32,000 nucleotides of DNA from Okeania sp. (GTDB lineage Bacteria > Cyanobacteriota > Cyanobacteriia > Cyanobacteriales > Microcoleaceae): contig NZ_JAYKGW010000154.1 in assembly GCF_035285525.1 (NCBI RefSeq), positions 5,870 to 37,869 of the forward strand, written 5' to 3'. Positions 8,755 to 16,500 of the stretch are shown here, piece after piece. The notes below the pieces were generated by a model, which made no database searches, was not told the DNA's origin, and saw only the letters and a list, made by a program, of their open reading frames with translations. Positions within the stretch are counted from its first letter, which is position 1, and every line of letters starts with the position of its first letter. The translations under genes were made by a program, and so were the position numbers.

Positions 8755-8858
8755 CAGGACTAAAACAGCTCCAACCCATAAACCAGGTAGGAGCGTAGAT
8801 TTTTACTGCTGAAAACAACGATTACTCTTAGAAAACGGGTTTCTTTGCCTAAGTCCTG
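8755..8858. mobile_element. Second copy (104 nt) of the CAGGACT...AGTCCTG MITE family
   Basis: The ends are caggactaaaac (from 8755) and gcctaagtcctg (to 8858). The interior has gaaaacgggtttct, as in the 8124-8226 copy. It starts 27 nt after the 8519-8728 stop codon. Confidence 0.65.
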
Positions 8859-9092
8859 TTGGTATAATTTCAAGCAAATAGGAATAATTCTATTGAATTA
8901 AGATAGATACCTATTAATTACCTAACCAAGTAACTAGACTTGAAAAGCGCGGAAATTGCTTTGATGCAATTTCCGTTTAAATGATATAAAAATGATCCCA
9001 AAATCTTTCTGAAGAAGGGTATAGGGCATATAGATAACTTAAATAAAAAAAAATAAATCACCTCAGTTAAACAAGGAATTGAAATAGATCAA

Positions 9093-10286
9093 GTGAAGAT
9101 ACTATTAGTTTGTACAGAAAAATTGCCAGTACCTTGTATACGAGGTGGAGCTATTCAAACATATATAGATGGTATTCTACCCTACCTAAAACGAGAACAT
9201 GAAATCACAGTATTCTCATTAGCAGACCCAGAACTACCAGATCGGGAAATTAGAGAAAATATTCGCTACCAACGTGCTAGTAGAACAACATCAGAAGAAT
9301 ACTATCAAGCAGTAGCAGATTTTGTAGCAGGACAACAATTTGATTGGATAGTAATATACAATCGTCCCAAATATTTACCAATAGTTGCTAAGGCAGCTCC
9401 AAATACTCGGTTTCTACTAAGTATGCACAACGAAATGTTCCATACTAAGAAGATAGAACCAGAAGAAGCAAAAATATGCTTGGATCGAGTAGAAAAGGTA
9501 GTCACGGTAAGTAAATTTATTGCTGATGGGATAGCCAAGTTATTTCCAGAATATAAACACAAGCTACAACCTGTATATGCTGGAGTAGACCTCAAGCGTT
9601 TTCAGCCAAGATGGACAGAAGGGGGGGGAGAAAAACGCCAACAAATGTTGGCAGCTCATGGTTTAGAAGGTAAACAAGTAATCCTTTGTGTGGGCAGGTT
9701 AACAGATAAAAAAGGACCACATATTTTAATATCTGCGATCGCCAAAGTAATCAAAAAACACCCATCTGCTGTACTATTGCTAGTAGGAAGTAAGTGGTAT
9801 GGTAATAACAACGAAAATGATTATGTTCGTGAGATTAAAGGAAAAGCCGAAAAATTAGGATCGGCAGTGCAGATGACAGGATTTATTCCTCCATCAGAAG
9901 TTGCAGATTATTTCCTATTAGGTGATATATTTGTATGTGCTTCTCAATGGGAAGAGCCTCTAGCTAGAGTTCATTACGAGGCAATGGCAACTGGACTATG
10001 TACGATTACTACCGCTAGGGGAGGAAACCCAGAAGTAATTGTGCCTGGGAAAAACGGTATTGTCATCACAGATTATGAAAATCCGAATGCCTTTGCCAAG
10101 CAGATAGATTACTTATTATCTAAACCCAAGGAAAGTGAAGCAATGGGAAGAACAGGTCGTGAGTTGGCTGAACTATATTATAGTTGGTCAAGGGTGGCTT
10201 GGGATATCCTAAGTATAATAAACGATTCAAAATCACTGCCTTTAGAGAAACTAAACTCAATAGAGCAAGATAAAGAAGCTGGATAA
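9093..10286 (+). CDS. Glycosyltransferase, GT4 family (GT-B fold, retaining type)
   Basis: 397 aa with a GTG start giving MKILLVCTE. It has the E-x7-E motif (EEPLARVHYEAMATG), GRLTDKKGPHILI and the C-terminal Glycos_transf_1 pattern. It is on the same strand as the first PKS gene and 260 bp upstream of it. Confidence 0.85.
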   Translation: MKILLVCTEKLPVPCIRGGAIQTYIDGILPYLKREHEITVFSLADPELPDREIRENIRYQRASRTTSEEYYQAVADFVAGQQFDWIVIYNRPKYLPIVAKAAPNTRFLLSMHNEMFHTKKIEPEEAKICLDRVEKVVTVSKFIADGIAKLFPEYKHKLQPVYAGVDLKRFQPRWTEGGGEKRQQMLAAHGLEGKQVILCVGRLTDKKGPHILISAIAKVIKKHPSAVLLLVGSKWYGNNNENDYVREIKGKAEKLGSAVQMTGFIPPSEVADYFLLGDIFVCASQWEEPLARVHYEAMATGLCTITTARGGNPEVIVPGKNGIVITDYENPNAFAKQIDYLLSKPKESEAMGRTGRELAELYYSWSRVAWDILSIINDSKSLPLEKLNSIEQDKEAG

Positions 10287-10557
10287 ATCGAATCCGATTT
10301 TTCCATATCAAAGTCAGACTTACTTAATATAAGGATAGGAATTATATAAAATCCGATTGATGATACGGTAACTGTTGTATATAACCTCCTTAATCTAAGT
10401 ATAGTCTCAATTTAGTTTCCAGGCTTCAATATTTTCTTTTTTCTTAATGTATGACATTTGACTCTATTTGTCATACTACGATGACTAAATTACTCGGGTT
10501 CTACATCATACCCTAAAACCCAGAACAAACTCAAGAATATTTGTATTGGTTGATTTT

Positions 10558-13500
10558 ATGAAGGAACAACAAAAAAGTGACCTAACAGCTATTATTGGCA
10601 TAGCTTGTCGATTTCCAGGGGCAAATGACTATAATCAGTTCTGGGAAAATATAGAAGCAGGAGTAAATAGCATTAGTGAAATTCCTCCCCAAAGGTGGGA
10701 AATAGAAAAACATTATTCTCCTCTTCCTAATCAACCAAATAAGACAATAAGTAAATGGGGTGGATTAGTAGAAGGTATAGATGAGTTCGATGCCGAGTTT
10801 TTTAGTATTTCTCCGAGAGAAGCAGGAAAGGTAGACCCACAACATAGAATAATGTTGGAACTGAGCTGGTCTTGTATCGAAGATGCGGGTTACTCACCAT
10901 CTGCATTTTCGGGAAAAGATGTGGGTGTTTTTATGGGGGCTTGTAACTATGACTCCATTCTCTTGATGAACCGAAATCAAGACAATGTAGAAGGTCATAG
11001 TGGAACGGGAACTTGGACTTGTATGATTCCCAACCGTATCTCTTCATTTTTTAATCTGCATGGTCCAAGTATTCCTATAGATACAGCTTGTTCGAGTTCA
11101 TTAGTAGCTGTTCATTATGCACTTAAGTCCCTAAAAGAATCAGAATGTGAAATGGCATTAGTGGGTGGCATCAGCGTATTATTTACCTCAACAACATATA
11201 TCCAGATGAGTCAACTGGGGATGTTGTCACCAACAGGTCAATGTAGAACATTTAGTAGTGATGCTGATGGTTATGTTAGGGGAGAAGGAGCAGGAGTAGT
11301 TTTATTAAAGCCTCTGACCAAAGCAATGGAGGATGGAGACCGGATTTATGGTGTAATTAAAGGAAGTGCTATTAATCATGGAGGTAAAGCTAGGACTATC
11401 ACATCTCCCAATGTTTATTCCCAAGCTCAAGTTATTCGTTCTGCTTATACTAATGCCAATGTTTCCCCGAATACAGTATCTTACATGGAATCCCATGGAA
11501 CGGGGACACCATTGGGAGATCCAATCGAAGTTAATGCTTTGAAAAGAGCCTACAGACAACTATATCAACAGTATGGAGTAGAAAAAACAGATAATTCCTA
11601 CTGTGGAATAGGAGCAGTAAAAAGTAATATAGGGCATTTAGAAGGAGCAGCAGGGATTGCTGGACTAATAAAAGTCTTGTTAGCAATGAAGTACAAAAAG
11701 CTACCCAAAATTGTTAACTTCAAGGAATTAAATCCACGGATTAGTCTGAAAGGTACTCCTTTTTATCTCATAGAGGAAACCCAAGAATGGGAAAGATTAA
11801 AAAATGAATCAGGGGAAGATATTCCGAGACGAGCAGGTTTAAGTTCCTTTGGTATCGGTGGTGTTAATGCTCATATTGTATTAGAAGAATCCCCAGAAGT
11901 AGAAAGGGTAGGGAATATAGAGGGTTCAGTTAATATTTTAAGTTTGTCGGCGAAAACAGAAACAGCTCTTGCTGATCTAGTTAATAGTTATGAAAATTAT
12001 TTAGAAGCAGAAAATAATGATGAGTTAGCAGATATTTGCTACACAGCAAACATTGGGAGAAACGACTTTAGTCATAGATTAGCATTCATCACTTCCGGAA
12101 AACCAGATTTATTAGAAAAAATTAAACAATACAAACAGGGAGAGGAAGTTACTGGCATCTGTTCGGGAAAAATAACCAGCCAAACTACGACAAAAATAGC
12201 TTTTCTATTTACTGGTCAAGGTTCTCAATATCTGCAAATGGGAAGGGAGTTATATAATACTCAACCAACTTTTAAGGAAGCTATCGACAAGTGTAATGAG
12301 ATTCTGGGAAAATATCTAGAAGTTCCTTTATTAGATGTACTTTATCCTGATGATGAAACTTCGACTTTAATCAACCAAACAGCTTATACTCAACCAGCTA
12401 TATTTGCTCTAGAGTATGCCTTAGCTAAGTTATGGTCATCTTGGGGTATTAAACCAGATGTAGTCATGGGTCATAGTGTAGGTGAATATGTCGCAGCAAC
12501 AGTGGCTGGAGTATTTAGTTTAGAGGATGGTCTGAAATTAATTGCTACTAGGGGTCGGTTGATGCAACAGTTACCCGCAGGTGGAGAAATGGTGTCGGTG
12601 ATGGCATCGGAGTCAAAAGTAGAATCTGTTATTACTCCTTATACAGACAAGGTAGCGATCGCTGCGATAAATGGACCTCAGAGTATAGTGATATCAGGAG
12701 CTGCGCCAGAAGTAAAAGATATTATTAGTAGTTTAAAATCAGAAGGAATCAAAGCCAAAAAACTACAAGTATCCCATGCTTTTCATTCACCGTTGATGGA
12801 ACCAATGTTGAAAGAATGGGAAGCAGTAGCGAGTCAACTAACTTACAATCAGCCCAAGATACCAGTAGTATCAAACGTTACAGGAAAGGTGGCAGATGAA
12901 AGCATAACAACAACCAAATATTGGGTAGATCATGTACGTCAACCAGTAAGATTTTTCCAAGGGATGGAAGTCTTACATCAAGAGGGTTATGACATATTCC
13001 TAGAAATCGGGCCGAAACCAATATTATTGGGTATGGGGCGTCGGTGTTTACCCGATCATCTAGGAGAATGGTTACCATCGTTACGTCCTAATGCCGATGA
13101 ATGGCAACAAATATTATCAAGTTTAGGGAAGTTGTATGTTAAGGGGGTAGAAGTTGATTGGTTAGGATTCGAGCAAGATTATAGCCGTAAGAAAGTTTCA
13201 TTGCCTACATATCCATTCCAACGACGACGGTATTGGGTAGAGGAGAGTAGCCAGCAGAAACAGCGATCGCCAAGAACTTTTGGCTCCCAAGTGCCAATAC
13301 ATCCATTATTGGGTTACAAAATTGATATCGCAGGCCAGCAAAAGATTTTTGAATCATTCCTGGGAGCAGAGAATCCAGAATACCTCAAAGATCATAAAGT
13401 ATTTGCAGAACCTCTGTTACCAACAACAGCATATTTGGAAATGGCTTTAGCAGCAGGTAAAAGCCAATATCAAACTCCACTGATAGAAGTAAAAGAACTG

Positions 13501-16500
13501 AGTATAGAGCGGGGGTTAGTTTTATCCGAAGCCGAGAAAATAGTTCAGACGATACTTACCCCATTAGAAAATGATATCTATCAGTTCCAGATATTTTCTC
13601 AACAACAGGAAGGGGAAGAAAACCAAAAATGGCTACTCCATGCAGCAGGTAAAATACAGCCAGGAGCGCCAGAAGTAAAAGAAACCAAATTTGAAACAGA
13701 GAAATATTTAGCTGAATGCAGTGAATCTGTAGAAGTTGCCAAACATTATCAGAGTAGTGAGGAAATGGGAATTAGTTATGGTCCCAGTTTTCAAAGAATA
13801 AAACAGCTCTGGAAAGGAGATAGTCAAGCTATCGCTAAAATTATTCTGGCTCCAGAAATGGCAGCTACTATTGGGGAGTATAATATACATCCAGTAATGT
13901 TAGATTCTGCATTGCAGGTAATCTTTAATGCACTGCCAGTAGAAGACAATGATAGTCAACAAACATATTTGCCAGTAGGGGTAGATAAGTTAACAATTTA
14001 TAATCCGGCAGAATCATCTATGTATGCTTATGGGTCAGTAGATGGTGCGGGTGCAGGAAATTGGAAAGCTGATGTGATTCTCGGCAACGAATCAGGTAAA
14101 ATAGTTGCTAAAATTTCTGGGTTACGAGTGAAAGCAGCAAGCAAGGAAGCTTTAATTGGCAAAAAAGAAGAATCTATTACTAACTTGCTGTATGAGATAG
14201 AATGGCGGGCAAAAGGACGTTTGGGCAGGACGTTGCCACCAGATTATTTGCTGGCTCCTAAAGATATTGAACAGCAACTAGAACCAACTATTAAGGAATT
14301 GATAGTTCAAGCTCAATTAGAAAGCTATCAAGAAGTCCCAGGAAAACTAGAAGCATTAAGTCTGGATTATGTGTTACAGGCGATTAAAGAATTAGGGTGG
14401 AATTATCAAGCTGGAGATAGTTTTGATAGTGAAAAAGAATTAGAAAGCTTAGGTATCGTAGAAATTCAACAACGTCTTTTCAAACGAATGCTACAGATGA
14501 TGGCAGAAGGCGGAATAATTGAACCAGTAGCTGGCACAGATACTCAGTGGAATGTACTGCAAACATTAGATGTAGAGCCAAAGCAAGGGAAAAAAAGAGG
14601 AGACGAACTACTGAGTCAATATCCAGAGGCAGGAGCTGAGTTAACACTTTTAAATCGTTGTGCGTCTAAATTAAGTTTGGTATTGCGGGGAGAAACTGAC
14701 CCGGTACAGTTAGTGTTTCCATCAGGAGATTTGAGTACAGCAACTAGGGTATATCAAGACTCCACTATAGCGAAATTGATGAATACTGTAGTAGAAAAAG
14801 CGATCGCTACAGCTATTGCTCAACTACCAAAATCTCAAAGTGTCAGGTTGTTAGAAATAGGAGCAGGAACTGGAGGAACTACAAGTTATATTTTACCGAG
14901 TCTACCAGAAAATAATACGGAGTATATATTTACTGACTTGGGAGCTTTGTTTACAGCCAAAGCCAAAGAAAGATTTGGGGATTATCCTTTTGTAGATTAT
15001 CAGATATTAGATATAGAAGCAGATCCAACAACTCAGGGTTATAATGCTCATCAATATGATGTAATTATTGCAGCGAATGTTCTCCATGCAACAGCTAACT
15101 TGACAGAAACCCTATCTAATGTACGAAAACTTTTAGCACCAGGGGGAATATTAGTTTTATTTGAACTAACAAGTCGTCAGCGATGGTTAGATTTAGTATT
15201 TGGATTATTGGAAGGATGGTGGAGATTCCAAGATTTAGAAATACGACCTGATTATCCTCTACTGAGTCGTTCCAAGTGGCAAGAGGTATTGCAGAAAACA
15301 GGTTTTACTGAAGTCGTAAGTTTACCAGAAGTTGAGGGAATGCCAGAAGTTTTGTATCAGCAATCAGTTATTGTTGCTCAGAATACAAAGGTATTACCAC
15401 CATCATCAGAATCTAAAAATTGGTTGATATTAGCAGACAAACAGGGAGTAGCTGAAGAGTTAGCAACTAAACTAAAGTTTATGGGAGATGTTCCTCTTTT
15501 GGTATTTGCTGGAGAGAAATATCAAGATTTGGGAGAGGGTAAGTTTACTATTAATCCTAACAACCCAGAAGATTTTAAACAATTGATGGGAGCGGTTTCT
15601 TCCTTGTATGGAGTTGTGCAATGTTGGACGACGGAAACTGGAGGCAGTGAAAAAATAGAAGAGTTATCGCGGTACGGGTGTGGAACAACTTTATATTTAG
15701 TTCAAGCACTGGTACAAGGAGGATTATCTCAGCCACCTCGTTTATGGTTAGTCACTTCTGGTTCTCAACCAGTACCATCTAGTAATTCCTTAATGGCAAA
15801 AGTAGGTCAATCTTCACTATGGGGAATGGGGAAAGTTATTAGCTTAGAACATCCAGAATTTAATTGTGTACGGATAGATTTAGATTCAGAAACAACTATA
15901 GAGAATCAAGCTAATGCGTTGTTTAAGGAAATTTGGTCAGAAGATTTAGAAGATCAGGTAGGGTTCCGTGAAGATTATCGTTATATAGCTAGATTAGTTG
16001 CCAGTCATCACCAGGAACTCCCAGCTACAAGAGGACTGACAATACCATCCCAACCCTATAAACTGGGTATATCAGAAAAAGGCAGTTTAGACAGCTTAAC
16101 CCTAGAAACAATCAAGAGAAATGCTCCAGCACCAGGGGAAGTAGAGATTCAGGTAATGGCAACCGGACTTAATTTCCTAGATTTGGTGGCAACACTAGGA
16201 TTAGTACCAGATGAAGTAGATGGTGTATCTCAAAAACATTTGAGAGAAATGGATAGATTTGGGGGAGAATGTGGTGGTTATGTAGTAGCAGTAGGAGAAG
16301 GAGTAAAAGGTTTAGAAATTGGTGATGAAGTTGTAGCTATGGCTAGAGGTAGCTTCAGTCAATATGTGACAGTTAACGCCAGTTATGTAGTGCCGAAGCC
16401 AGAAAATATAACTTTTGCAGAAGCAGCATCAATACCAGCTAACTTTTTAACTGCTTATTATGCTTTACATCACGTTGCCAAGATTACTAAAGGCGATCGG

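Noticed and set aside
10285-10302. Hairpin aaatcg-aatc-cgattt followed by tt right after the GT4 stop, as a terminator
   Set aside because: The stem is only 6 bp and AT-rich, and the T-tract is very short. This is insufficient for an intrinsic terminator call.
10451-10486. Putative promoter/operator upstream of PKS1 (TTGACT at 10458-10463; inverted atgaca..tgtcat)
   Set aside because: No acceptable -10 hexamer lies at 16-18 nt spacing. No GTA-N8-TAC NtcA-type site was found nearby. A motif match this weak is expected by chance in AT-rich DNA.
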